Assembly (NCBI RefSeq): GCF_964213995.1
Contig: NW_027590150.1
Coordinates: forward strand, 434,001-498,000
Direction: 5' to 3'
Length of the DNA: 64,000 bases
DNA from: Mustelus asterias
Taxonomy: Eukaryota
In this document: piece by piece, positions 51,406 through 63,990 of the stretch
Layout: the number at the start of each line of letters is the position of its first letter
How positions within the stretch are numbered: the stretch's first letter is position 1
Position numbers and translations under genes: made by a program
The notes under the pieces: model-generated
What the model was told of the DNA's origin: nothing
Seen by the model: the letters and a program-made list of their open reading frames with translations, nothing else
Databases searched by the model: none

Positions 51406-51478
51406 GTTTCTGTAGTGTAGTGGTTACCACATTCGCCTAACACGCGAAGGGTCCCTGGTTCGAAACCAGGCAGAAACG
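51406..51478 (+). tRNA. tRNA-Val(AAC), best-folded array copy
   Basis: GTTTCTG/CAGAAAC, TTCGC/GCGAA and CCTGG/CCAGG all pair; discriminator is G rather than A. Confidence 0.8.
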
Positions 51479-51864
51479 TTCATTGAGCTTCCTCATGTCG
51501 CGTAAGGGAAAATTGATTGATTTTTGTTTGTTCCGAATCATTATACGAGCCTCGATGTTAACGGCATGTTATCATTGCTCTGACGTCACCCTCAAATGCA
51601 TTCTGTGAAATAAGAAACGCTTTTTTTTGACGCACTGACAGGAAAATTCGATTTTGACACCGAACACTTATTCGCATCTCGTTCAGTCTACAACAGAATT
51701 TAATGGGTTTATAGGTGCAGACTAATATGGTTAATCGCCATCTGAAATATCTGACAGTAGTGTGTGCTCAAAAAGACAGATACAAGTCATACTGTAAGTG
51801 AACTCGAGGAAATGGCGCACATTTCACAGAAGAATCTTTTTAAAATCGTTTTCATCACTGAGAA

Positions 51865-54254
51865 ATAAGACCATAAGACCATAAGACATAGGAGCGGAAG
51901 TAAGGCCATTCGGCCCATCGAGTCCACTCCACCATTCAATCATGGTTGATTTCAACTCCATTTACCCGCTCTCTCCCCATAGCCCTTAATTCCTCGAGAA
52001 ATCAAGAATTTATCAATTTCTGTCTTGAAGACGCTCAACGTCTCGGCCTCCACAGCCCTCTGTGGCAATGAATTCCACAGACCCACCACTCTCTGGCTGA
52101 AGAAATTTCTCCTCATCTCTGTTCTAAAGTGACTCCCTTTTATTCTAAGGCTGTGCCCCCGCGTCCTAGTCTCCCCTGTTAATGGAAACAACTTCCCTAC
52201 GTCCATCCTATCTAAGCCGTTCATTATCTTGTAAGTTTCTATCAGATCTCCCCTCAACCTCCTAAACTCCAATGAATATAATCCCACGATCCTCAGACGT
52301 TCATCGTATGTCAGGCCTACCATTCCTGGGATCATCCGTGTGAATCTCCGCTGGACCCGCTCCAGTGCCAGTATGTCCTTCCTGAGGTGTGGGGCCCAAA
52401 ATTGCTCACAGTACTCCAAATGGGGCCTAACCAGTGCTTTATAAAGCCTCAGAAGTACATCCCTGCTTTTGTATTCCAAGCCTCTTGAGATAAATGACAA
52501 CATTACATTTGCTTTCTTAATTACGGACTCAACCTGCAAGTTTACCTTTAGAGAATCCTGGACTAGGACTCCCAAGTCCCTTTGCACTTTAGCATTATGA
52601 ATTTTGTCACCGTTTAGAAAATAGTCCATGCCTCTATTCTTTTTTCCAAAGTGTACGACCTCGCACTTGCCCACGTTGAATTTCATCAGCCACTTCTTGG
52701 ACCACTCTCCTAAACTGTCTAAATCTTTCTGCAGCCTCCCCACCTCCTCAATACTACCTGCCCCTCCACCTATCTTTGTATCATCGGCAAACTTGGCCAG
52801 AATGCTCCCAGTCCCGTCATCTAGATCGTTAATATATAAAGAGAACAGCTGTGGCCCCAACACTGAACCCTGCGGGACACCACTTGTCACCGGTTGCCAT
52901 TCTGAGAAAGAACCTTTTATCCCAACTCTCTGCCTTCTGTCTGACAGCCAATCGTCAATCCATGTTAGTACCTTGCCTCGAATACCATGGGCCCTTATTT
53001 TACTCAGCAGTCTCCCGTGAGGCACCTTGTCAAAGGCCTTTTGGAAGTCAAGATAGATAACATCCATTGGCTCTCCTTGGTCTAACCTATTTGTTATCTC
53101 TTCAAAGAACTCTAACAGGTTTGTCAGGCACGACCTCCCCTTACTAAATCCATGCTGACTTGTCTTAATCCGACCCTGCACTTCCAAGAATTTAGAAATC
53201 TCATCCTTAACGATGGATTCTAGAATTTTGCCAACAACTGAGGTTAGGCTAATTGGCCTATAATTTTCCATCTTTTTTCTTGTTCCCTTCTTGAACAGTG
53301 GGGTTACAACAGCGATTTTCCAATCCTCTGGGACTTTCCCTGACTCCAGTGACTTTTGAAAGATCATAACTAACGCCTCCACTATTTCTTCAGCTATCTC
53401 CTTTAGAACTCTAGGATGTAGCCCATCTGGGCCCGGAGATTTATCAATTTTCAGACCTTTTAGTTTCTCTAGCACTTTCTCCTTTGTGATGGCAACCATA
53501 TTCAACTCTGCCCCCTGACTTTCCTGAATTGTTGGGATATTACTCATGTCTTCTACTGTGAAGACTGACGCAAAGTACTTATGAAGTTCCTCAGCTATTT
53601 CCTTGTCTCCCATCACTAGATTACCAGCGTCATTTTGGAGCGGCCCAATGTCTACTTTTGCCTCCCGTTTGTTTTTAATGTATTTAAAGAAACTTTTACT
53701 ATCATTCCTAATGTTACTGGCTAGCCTACCTTCATATTTGATCCTCTCCTTCCTTATTTCTCTCTTTGTTATCCTCTGTTTGTTTTTATAGCCTTCCCAA
53801 TCTTCTGACTTCCCACTACTCTTTGCCACATTATAGGCTCTCTCTTTTGCCTTGATGCATTCCCTGACTTCCTTTGTCAGCCATGGCTGCCTAATCCCCC
53901 CTCTGATAACCTTTCTTTTGTTTGGGATGAACCTCTGCACTGTGTCCTCAATTACTCCCAGAAACTCCTGCCATTGCTGTTCTACTGTCTTTCCCACTAG
54001 GCTCTGCTTCCAGTCGATTTTTGTCAGTTCCTCCCTCATGCGCCTGTAATTACCTTTATTTAACTGTAGAACCTTCACATCTGATTCTGCCTTCCTTCTT
54101 TCAAATTGCAGACTGAATTCTACCATATTATGATCACTGCTTCCTAAGTGTTCCCTTACTTTAAGATCTTTTATCACGTCTGGCTCATTACATAACACTA
54201 AGTCCAGAATAGCCTGTTCCCTCGTGGGCTCCATCACAAGCTGTTCCAAAAAGT
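51865..54254 (-). mobile_element. Young CR1-type LINE, 5'-truncated, uninterrupted 765-aa ORF2 portion (51952-54249)
   Basis: LDLVL, SDHN, KSPGPDG, QHGF, PQGSVLGP and FADD motifs; (TCTTATGG)n tail. Confidence 0.97.
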
Positions 54255-54619
54255 TCCATAATCATGGGGCCAGCTGAAGAGGTGAATGGAGATAAAATGA
54301 ACGTCAAGTTACATAGCCAACCCTGTTGATCATATCTTTATTTTCGAGCGAGTGTGTTGTGCTGATAGTTTCTTCACAGTTTGTGCTCAGGTTCTCAAAC
54401 GAAACCCCATGTGGACCAATCCCAAAGTCTGCAATGCAAAGAAAAAAACAAAATCTGCAGCTCATGAAATCTGATCAAATCTTCGTGGGAGAGGGCGGCA
54501 CAGTGGCTAGTTCTGCTGGCTCACAATACCAGGGACCTGATTTCGATTCTGGGGTTAGTCACTGTCTATGTGGATGGAGATATACAGCTTTTTAAAGTTG
54601 CAGCAGTAGCTCACCGATA

Positions 54620-54692
54620 GTCCCAGTAACCTAACGCGTAAGGCACTGGCTTCCTAAACCAGGGAGCATGTGTTCGAGTCACTTCTGGGATG
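54620..54692 (+). pseudogene. tRNA-Arg(CCT) pseudogene (duplicate)
   Basis: One difference from 30875-30947. Confidence 0.8.
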
Positions 54693-55446
54693 CGGCTTAT
54701 TTTAACACTTAGGTGTCCAACATTGGCAAATGCATTTCTTGCCAACTAATCCTGGCTATTTCTGGGCAGATATGTTTTGGGTGGTACATTGGTTAGCACT
54801 GCCGCCTCAAAACGCCAGGGTCCGAGGTTCAAATCTGGCATCGGGTCGCTGTCTGTGTGGAGTTTGCACATTCTCCCCCTATCTGCATGGGTTTCCTCCG
54901 GGTGTTCCGGTTTCCTCCCATTGTCCAAAGATGTGCGGCTAATGTTGATTGACCGTGTTAAATTGGCCCTAGTGTCAGGGGTATTAGCAGGGTGAATGCA
55001 TGTAGTTACAGGAGTGGGGCCTGGATGGGATTGCGGTCAGTACAGACTTGATGGGCCGAATTGGCCTCGTTCTGTACTGCAGGGATTCTATGATTCTAAT
55101 GGAACCTTATAACATTCTGACCGGATGAAACAGGGTAGATTCAGAAAGAATGTTCTCTTTAGTGGGGAGTCCAGAACTCGGGATAATAGTTTGAGGATAA
55201 CGGCTGAGATGATGAGACTTCCTTCAGCCAGAGAGTGGTGAATCTGCAGAGTTCTCTCCCACAGAAAGTAGTTGAGGCCGAACACTATGATTTCAAGAGA
55301 AGTTTAATATAGCTCTTGGGGCTAAATGGCGGATCAGGGTATTGAATTTGATTATCAGGCATGACAACAATGAGTGGTAGATGATGTTCCAATGACCAAC
55401 TCCTGGTTTCGATGTTTTGATGTAACAGGGATAAGAAGAAACAGTA

Positions 55447-55527
55447 GGGCTAGTCTCGGATTTCAACTCGGGATCTCGGTGGTTAAGGCATACCAAAATG
55501 CGATTCATACCCCTACACCAAGGAGCC
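55447..55527 (-). pseudogene. tRNA-Pro(TGG)-derived pseudogene (duplicate)
   Basis: Reverse complement of 29703-29783. Confidence 0.6.
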
Positions 55528-57532
55528 TATAAGCAGCCACTGATTGAAAGAAAAGATGTTCTCTTGGCCATTCAAAACCGATCAGATAACTGCAGCGAAG
55601 GCGGAAGATGCTGCAGAAACTTAGGAATTCAGGCAGAATTTGTGGACAGGGAAACAAAGCTCATCTTTTACGTCCATGGCCTTTCATTACAACAGGAAAA
55701 GGTGAAAAATGTGGGAATTTGAAACGACTGAAACTCAGGAGGGAGGAAATGTAACAACAGGAATAGTCTGGAAGTCAGGAGAAATGAAATGATTTGATTT
55801 GGTTTTATTTATTATTGTCACATGTATTAGTATACAGTGAAAAGTATTTTTTCTTGCGCGCTATACAGGCAAAGCGTACCGTTCATAGAGAAGGAAACGG
55901 GAGAGTGCAGAATGTGGTGTTACAGTCATTGTCATGGTGTAGAGAAAGATCAACTTAATGCAAGATAATGTCCATTCAAAATTATGATGGCAGCAGGGAA
56001 CAAGCTGTTCTTGAGTGGGCTAGTACGTGACCTCAGACTTCTGTATCTTTCTCTCGAAGGAAGAAGGTGGAAGAGAGAATGTCCGGGGTGCGTGCGGTCC
56101 TTAACTATGCTGGCTGCTTTGCCGAGGCAGCAGGAAGCCTCGACAGAATCAATGGATGGGAGGCTGGTTTGAGTGATGGATTGGGCTACATTCACGACCC
56201 TTTGTAGTTTATTGCGGTCTTGGGCAGAGCAGGAGCCATACCAAGCTGTGATACAACTAGAAATAATGTTTTCTATGGTGCACCTGTAAAACTTGCTGAC
56301 AGTCGTTGCTAACATGCCAAATTTCCTAAGTCTTCTGAGAAAGTAGAGGCATTGATGGGCTTTCTTCACCATAGTGTCGGCATGGGAGGCAGGACAGGTT
56401 GTTGGTGATCTGGAGACCTAAAAACCTGAACCTCTTGACCCAATCCACTTCGTCCCCTTTGATGGAGGCAGGGGATGTTCTCCTCTACGCTTTCTGAAGT
56501 CAATGACAATCTCCGTTTTGTTGACATTGAGGGAGAGATGACAGAAATGAGAAATGAGAAAATACTTTGCGGTTCACGGCCTCAGGGTGAGGTACACACT
56601 AAATCGGAAAATGAGTACACCACAGAATAAGGCCATGCTAAGGAATGGCAATACAATTCCAAGTCAGGATGGTGAGTGACTTGGAGGAGAACTTGCAGGT
56701 GGTGATGTTCCCATGTGTCTACTACCCTTTTCCTTCTGGATGGAAGTGGTCGTGGGTTTCGATGGTGCTGTCTAAGGATCTTTGGTGAATTGCTGCTGTG
56801 TATCTTTTAGATACACATCGCTGCTACTGAGCATCGGCTGCGGTGGGATTGAATGCTTGTAGATGTGGTGCCAATCAAGCGGGCTGCTTTGTCCTGGATA
56901 ATGTCAATCTTCTTGAGTGTTTTTGGAGCTGCATCCATCCAGGCGAGGTGGGAACATTCCATCACGCTCCTGACTTGTGCCTTGTAGATGGTGGACAGAC
57001 TCTGGGGAGTCAGGAGGTGAGGTATTCGCCGCAGTATTCCTGACCTCTGACCTGCTCTTGTAGCCATTGTGTTTATGTGGCGAGTCCAATTGAGTTTCTG
57101 GTCAATGCTGACCGTAAGGACGTTAACAGCGGGGGATTCAGTGGTGGAAAAACTATTGACAGTCAAGAGGCGGTGGTTAGATTTTCTCTTAAGGTGATGG
57201 ACATTGTCTGGCATTTGTGTGGCGCGAATGTTACTTGCCACTTGTCAGCCCAAAACCTACAGTCTTATATAATGCAGCACACTGCGGACTTTCGAAATAT
57301 GAAATAGAAACAGAAAATACTGGGTTATGCCAGTATTTCTGGCACTATCTGTGGAGCGAGAATCAGAACTAACGTTTCCCGTCCAGATGTCACATGTGGG
57401 TGTCCGAGTGGGCTCTTTCCGTGCTGTAAAACTCTGTGCCTCTTTGACTCTTTTTCGGAGCCAGTCAGCAGAAAGCCCTTTGCACCTGAAACAAATCACA
57501 ATATCTGACTTGGTCAATAAGAAACAAATGAG

Positions 57533-57622
57533 GGGCTCGTCCGGGATTTGAACCCGGGACCTCTCACATGCTAATAGATTGCGGTACCCTAAGCGAGAAT
57601 CATACCCCTAGACAAACGAACC
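57533..57622 (-). tRNA. tRNA-Pro(AGG) with 18-nt intron (57569-57586)
   Basis: Intron TACCGCAATCTATTAGCA at 37/38; two exon differences from the 27556 copy. Confidence 0.8.
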
Positions 57623-58192
57623 TGCACGTCAGCCGGTAGCGAAATAAAAATTGTTTAACTTTCTACAAAGCAGTTCTGAGACCTTGAGTGAACGCCGAAA
57701 TTGTTTAAATAACTCACCGCATCGGCATTTGTGGACTTTAAGTTCCAGCAAAATATCCGTCCAATGTTGTTACCTCGACTGTTTGCAACTGGGGGCTTTT
57801 GTTTATAAAGCACACATGTTACAGTCAATTATTTTAACCCAGCGACTTCAACATGTGACAACTCTGAGTCTGCCTTTGATATTTGATCACTTTTGAAAGG
57901 TGTTGTCTGTCAGACAGTTAAAAGATCTGGAACATTTAAAGTACAGATTGATGACATCGTTCACCTGGGAGATCTGCGGGTTTGTGTGAAAGGATCGGGG
58001 AGCGATTGGACTTGATGTGATAGCAATATGAGTAAAAACATGTCAAATTTCCCAACAGTGACAATCAGTAACCTCAGTGAGAGAAAACACTCAGACGGGG
58101 CTGTATTGTCACGTTCACTATGAGTAAATTTTCTCTGAAGTTTAACCCCATGTGTTGTCCTGACAATGAATCATTGATTATCGACCTGTGCC

Positions 58193-58231
58193 AGATTTTG
58201 TCTGAGGCCCGCGGGAGCCTCATTCACTGTG
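58193..58231 (-). promoter_or_regulatory. 23-RSS
   Basis: CACAGTG + 23 nt + ACAAAATCT on the minus strand. Confidence 0.95.
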
Positions 58232-58708
58232 GCTCTCAGTGCACAGTAATACTCGGCGCTGTCTGTCACCTTCAAATCTTTCATGGGCAAGTGAAAAGAA
58301 TTTTGTTTCAGGTTGAGATTCCCGCTGCAGTATAAGAAACCTGGAGCCGTTTCGGTACATTAGCGGCTCTGAGCAGTCAATGAGGAGCTCGGTGTGTATA
58401 CTGGCGATACCAGAACAGGTAATGTTGCATCGTTAAACTCGATCCCGAGTAACTGCAGGGTATTGCTGAATCTTCACTCTCTGCTGCTTGAACTCCTTGT
58501 TTTGACTGGGACACTGAGTCACCGTTACTGATGTCTGAAAATAGGCAACAGACACGCAGTGGGTTAGAAGGAGTAACAACAATGGAATAATCCCCTCGAG
58601 ATGGAAATGGGGAATGAATCTGGTGACTGGCAGATGTCACGCAGAAGTTCAAAATGACAAACCTGCAATCAGGACAATAACCAGAGTGAGACAGAGATTC
58701 ACCCCCAT
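58232..58708 (-). pseudogene. TCR alpha/delta V pseudogene (leader 58663-58708, V exon 58232-58534)
   Basis: GDSVSQ...PCSY...YLFWYRQYTHRAPH* (TGA at 58377-58379), then a frameshift before ...KVTDSAEYYCALR. Confidence 0.92.
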
Positions 58709-59710
58709 GGTTCGAGACTGAACACCAGAAACAGAGAGACTGATCACTGTCTGAATCAGATCTGCAATTGGAGATGTTGAAACAGTCAGGGGGATGCTAT
58801 GAGGTCCAAGGGGACTCCATCTCTCCGCCCATCTTTACATCTTCAAACAGACAATTCCTTTAGAAAGGGGTTGTGAACTTTCATAAGTGATCAGAGAGCG
58901 CTCTCCCGTGGACAGCACAGCCGCATATTGGCAACCTGAAAAGACTGACACTTATAGAGATCATAGAATCATAGAACCCCTAAAGAACAGAAGGAGGCCA
59001 TTCGGCCCAGAGAGTCTGTACCGACCACAATTCCACCGAGGCCCTATTCCGGTAACCGCACACTTAATCTCCCTGACACTAAGGGTCAATTTAGCCTGGC
59101 CAATCCACCTAATCCGCACATCTTTGGACTGTTGGAGGAAACCACAGCACCCGAGGAAGCCCAGCAGACATGCGGAGAACAGATACACACACGGTCACGT
59201 GGAAAGACCAACACGAATAAGGATATATAACCATATAGATATATGCCCAGACAGTGACATCAATTCTAACGTCCCTCGTTATAAATCCAGAATTATTCTG
59301 CAGATTTCTGACACCTATTAGTTTGCGTTGCTAACCATGATAATGCATGAATACCTCCACCTCCGTGTTCACTGGAAGCCTCGGATACTGCACAGAATCA
59401 ACACAGAGGCAAGTAAACTAAGTGATAGATTCCCAAACCGATCGACTCAAACATAGAGTCATAAAGACATGGAGGTTTACAGCATGGAAACAGGCCCTCC
59501 GGCCCAACTTGTCCATGCCGCCCTTTTTTGTTTAAACCCCTCAGCTAATCCCAATTGCCCGCATTTGGCCCATATCCCTCTATACCCATCCTACCCATAT
59601 ACTATCTAAATGCTTTTTAAAAGATAAACTTGTAACGGCATCTACTAATACTTCTGGCAGCTTGTTCCACGAGACACACGGACAATCACTCAGAAAGATA
59701 ACCAAGCAGA

Positions 59711-62700
59711 TAGCTGGTGATGGTTTCGTAAAACTCCTCTGAACTTTTTCTAATGCATTAACATATTTCTTAAGATAAGGAGAGAAATAGTGTACACAAT
59801 ATTCGAGATATATCCAATGCCCTCGCCAATGCCCAATTTTCCGGTCTATCCTAGTGTCGTCAGCAGATATAGCATCCATATCTTCACTGCCTTCATCACT
59901 GCAGAAATCATCCCACTTTAATGCTTTTTGACAAATTCAGCCAGAATGCATTTGTTCAGATCAAATCGTTTTTCGTCAACTTGCTTGAGTTTAATGCTGA
60001 ACAACAGAGATGGTTTGTGAGGGTATTTCTCTTAATGGGCGTCCAAGGGTCATGTGATATGGTGCTGCATCACAGCTTGTGAGTAAATGTGGAGAGCAGG
60101 GAATAAAATGGATAGGACGAACACGGATAGGAAATTGGCTGAGTGCCAGGAAACAACTCATAACTGTTTTTCGGACTAGAACAAAGTTTGTAGTGAAGGT
60201 GCCAGGAACAGGTTATATGACTCTTGATCTTCCCGGCATAGTAATGGCCGAGAGCTTGGGATGGAGGTCAGACTTTCAAAATCTGTGTATAATGCAAAAC
60301 ATGGAAACATTGCCAACCATCAGAAGACCGAGCAGAACTTCAGAACGAAAAAAAAACGAATTTGTGGAATTGTCCTGCAATTGGGAGATTTAATTGATTG
60401 CATGTAAAGTTACATGATTAGTTTTGTTAAGCAGAATGTGAAGAGACAAAAGGAAATGATGAAAACGCTATGAAAGTGGCGGTAAGACGCCGAGGGACCT
60501 GAATGAATATGTGCACAAATCATTCATGGTGGAAGACAGTGGAAAATAAAATAGTTAACAGTCTTTGTCTGTTGGGGAAAAGAATACAGAAGCAAGGAAG
60601 TTATGCTAAATTTGTTAAAAGCACTGGAAAATAGTCAACTGAAAAATTGCGTCAAATTCTGGGCACCAAACGTAAGGAGAAATGTAAAGTCAATAGGCTG
60701 GATGCAGGGGGAAAATACGAGATTAGTTCCAGAGATCAGAAACTTCAGTTGCGAAAATATATTTGTGAGGTTCGGGCTGATTTCCTTGACAGGAAGTTGC
60801 TGATGTGATCCCATTGAGGCCTTCAAAATCCTGAGGGGTCTTGACAGAGTAGATAGAGAGGAATTGTTCAATAGCAGGTGGATTTTGTAACAGAGGGCGC
60901 GGGTTGAAGTTAATTGGTGAAAGAAGCATGGAGTCATAACGAAAAACATTTTCGGACAGTGACTGATTCAGACCTGCAATCTGCTGTTTCAGAGTATGGT
61001 TCAGGGAGCGCCAATTGATGGTTTCAAAATGGGATTGGATTATTGTCTGGAATTGAACAAAATGCTGGACTGTCGGGTATAGAGTCTTATTGGATGAATT
61101 GCTCCTTAAGAGGACCAGCACATACATGATGCTTCAAAATGGCCTTCTTCTCTCCTGTAAATAGTCTACCAGTGTGGAAAATGAAGTCAGTGGCAAAGTG
61201 GTAATATCACTGGGAGAGGATTTCAGAGGGGAGGCAATTTTCTCAAGGTATATGTTCAAATCTAACTGCAAAAGAACGTGGGTTTTAAAATGCAATTGCA
61301 ATTTTGAATTTAAACCTCGTTCCGTAATTGCGGCCAATACAAGTAATATAACAGATCCTCAAATGCCCAGCAGAAAAGGAAACCATCCATCATTTCCCAG
61401 TTTGGCCCATAGCTGACTCCAGGCCCACACGTGTTTGGCGTTTACATACCTTCTGTGATGATCTAGGAAACCAATGAATTCAGAGTACTCGCGATTGCCA
61501 AATTATGCTGGCCTTGCCAGCTGTGTGTACACCCCATGAAAGAATAAGAAACAGCAACGAAAATCAGCATTTCATAACATCTGCTATATCAAAGGACGTC
61601 CAGGAGATGGCAGTGAAACCGTGCTCTTTGGCACGACGCGAAACAGATCGTCTCAGTCATTGCTGCAATAGATGCAGTCTTTATCCATCCGAAACTAGAC
61701 CTAGTTTATATGACACAAAATCATAATTCTGATTACATGACAATAATTCTCAATTGATTCTATACTCAGCAAAATACCAGTTGTCAGTATACCGTACCAA
61801 GTCCCATTTGATATTACATTGCTGGAACCTGCAACGTCGAAAGAAACCTCGACTATACCTCAATCACTGCTGCACCAGTCCACCTCCCTGTTTATACCGA
61901 ATAATATCCTGTCTCTAATTATTGTTCTATTTCATGACTCGTTTATTGCTCTAATGTCCCTGTCAAATCTTTTAACAATCTGAAGCCTTAGTTTGAAATT
62001 ATTGCATCAGCTTTGTCTCAGTTTATATCATACTTTGCCCAGAATCAGATTGAACAGTATTTGAACCGATTGAACAGGTGGAGTTTTATTGCGCTAGCGG
62101 CTGTGTCCTTTATTAATGCGCCAAACCATACCACTGTTCATTTTACACATTATCCTCTCTCAGTTATTGCTTTACTCTGCATTGCCTCACTTTTTATTCC
62201 ACTGGGTCACATCTCTGTTTATATCACACGAGATTATATCCCTATATTCTAATAGCGTCCATGTGAGATTACATTACACTAGAACCTGTCTCAGTTTAAA
62301 TTATAGTACACATTGTCTCTGCTTACATTGGAATAAACCTTGACTTTGTTACAGCTGCGTAATTCATGTTTCTGTCTATGTGAGAAAATATCACGCTGGT
62401 TAGTACTACGCTATACAAATTCCGGACAAATGTGAGGTAATGCATTTTGGAAGGTCTAATACAGATAGGAAATTTACAGTAAATGGCAGAACCCTTAGGA
62501 GTATTGATAGGCCAAAGGGATCTGGGTGTACAGGTACACAGGTCACTGCAAGTGGCAAGGCGGGTGGAAAAGGTAGTCAAGAAGGCATACGGCATGCTTG
62601 CCTTCATCGGCCGGTGTATTGAGTTTAAAAATTGGCAAGTCATGTTGACGCTTTATAGAATCTTAGTGAGGCCGCACTTGGAATATATGGTCAATTCTGG

Positions 62701-63990
62701 TCGCCACACTACCAGAAGGATGTGGAGGCTCTGGAGAGGGTACAGAAAAGATTTACCAGGATGTTGCCCAGTATGGAGGGCATTAGCTATGAGGAGAGGT
62801 TGGAGAAACTTGGTTTGTTCTCACTGGAGCGACGGAGGTTGAGGGGAGACCTGATAGAAGTCTACAAGATTATAAGAGGCATGGACAGAGTGGATAGTCA
62901 GAAGCTTTTTCCCAGGGTGGAAGAGTCAATTACTAGGGGGCATAGGTTATGGTGCGAGGGGCAAGTTTTAAAAGAGATGTACGAGGCAGATCTTTTACAC
63001 AGAGAGTTGTGGGTGCCTGGAACCCGTTGCCGGGGAGGTAGTGGAAGCCGACACGGTAGTGTCTTTTAAGGGGCGCCTAGGAAAGTACATGAATGAGATG
63101 GGAATAGAGGGATATGGTCTTCGGAAGCGTAGCGTGTTTTAGTTAAGTCGGGCAGATGGTCGGTGCAGGCTTGGAGGGCCGAAGTGCCTGTTCCTGTGCT
63201 GTAATTTTTCTTTGTTCTATACCCGCTCTCAGTAAGCACTGAACTGGACCCAGTCTACATTCATATTAGTACAAGTGCTGTATCAATAATTGATGCACTC
63301 GACACTGTCTCTGTATCACTGCACAAAACCCGTCCTTCGTTCATAATACAACAGATCGTATTAGATGGATTGGCTATGCGAAATTGCCTGTTATTGTCCA
63401 TAGGGTATGTGGATTCGCCATGGTAAATGTGTGGGGCTAACGGGGACAGGGCAGAGGGGAGGGCCTGGGTGGGATGCAAACTCGGTGAGCCAGATGGTCT
63501 TTTTCTGAACTCTAGGGATTCTATGGTTCTATGTCTAAGAATTATCATATCATACCTTGCTTAGACATTCGAGTGCTTATTTCTTTTAAATATTCTTTTC
63601 TCCAATTACCCCCTTTGGAGCAATGGTTTCTTTCAGCAATTTCCCTTCAGTTTTCCAAGTGATAACCTTCAGTCCATCTCTGCCTTCCGTGAGTGTATGA
63701 AAACACCAGACAGTTCATGTATTTCAACTGAAGAACATTTCATATGTAACTATTTATTGACAGCCATTCTGCTGTGTGCTCTTGCACACAAAACGATTTC
63801 AATCTGACTATCTTGCTCCCAGCGTTGACTTATCTGTCATTAAAAATCTGTTGGAAAATGGATAAATCACATCTCGAATGACGAGGAGATTACTGGAAAT
63901 TGATCCTCTTCGTGTCTCACTAAAGTTCCTGATTTTCGACTCAATTATGTGCTGATTTGTGAAAATGATGGCGGCAGGAGATAATTACAC
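59711..63990 (-). repeat. Segment A': diverged inverted copy of 6780-11463
   Basis: Colinear reverse complement; may continue beyond the window edge. Confidence 0.85.
62420..63218 (+). mobile_element. CR1-type LINE 3' fragment, right arm only
   Basis: Same subfamily as 16450-17224 and 34052-35000. Confidence 0.9.

Larger units (their letters stand above)
39470..51865 (+). repeat. Tandem array of ~1.2-1.5-kb tRNA-Val units (plus cluster)
   Basis: tRNA-Val copies start at 39487, 40407, 43289, 44575, 44818, 46045, 47258, 48480, 48656, 49940, 50116 and 51406; unit-to-unit spacings from 44818 onward are 1227, 1213, 1222, 1460 and 1466. Confidence 0.95.
54256..59711 (-). repeat. Segment B': inverted copy of 25003-31311
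   Basis: Colinear reverse complement, lacking the 25.2-kb LINE and the 29.9-kb SINE. Confidence 0.95.

Noticed and set aside
39470-51865. CRISPR-like or prokaryotic system suggested by the regular repeats
   Set aside because: Whole kilobase units repeat with no unique spacers and no cas-like ORFs; the context is vertebrate.
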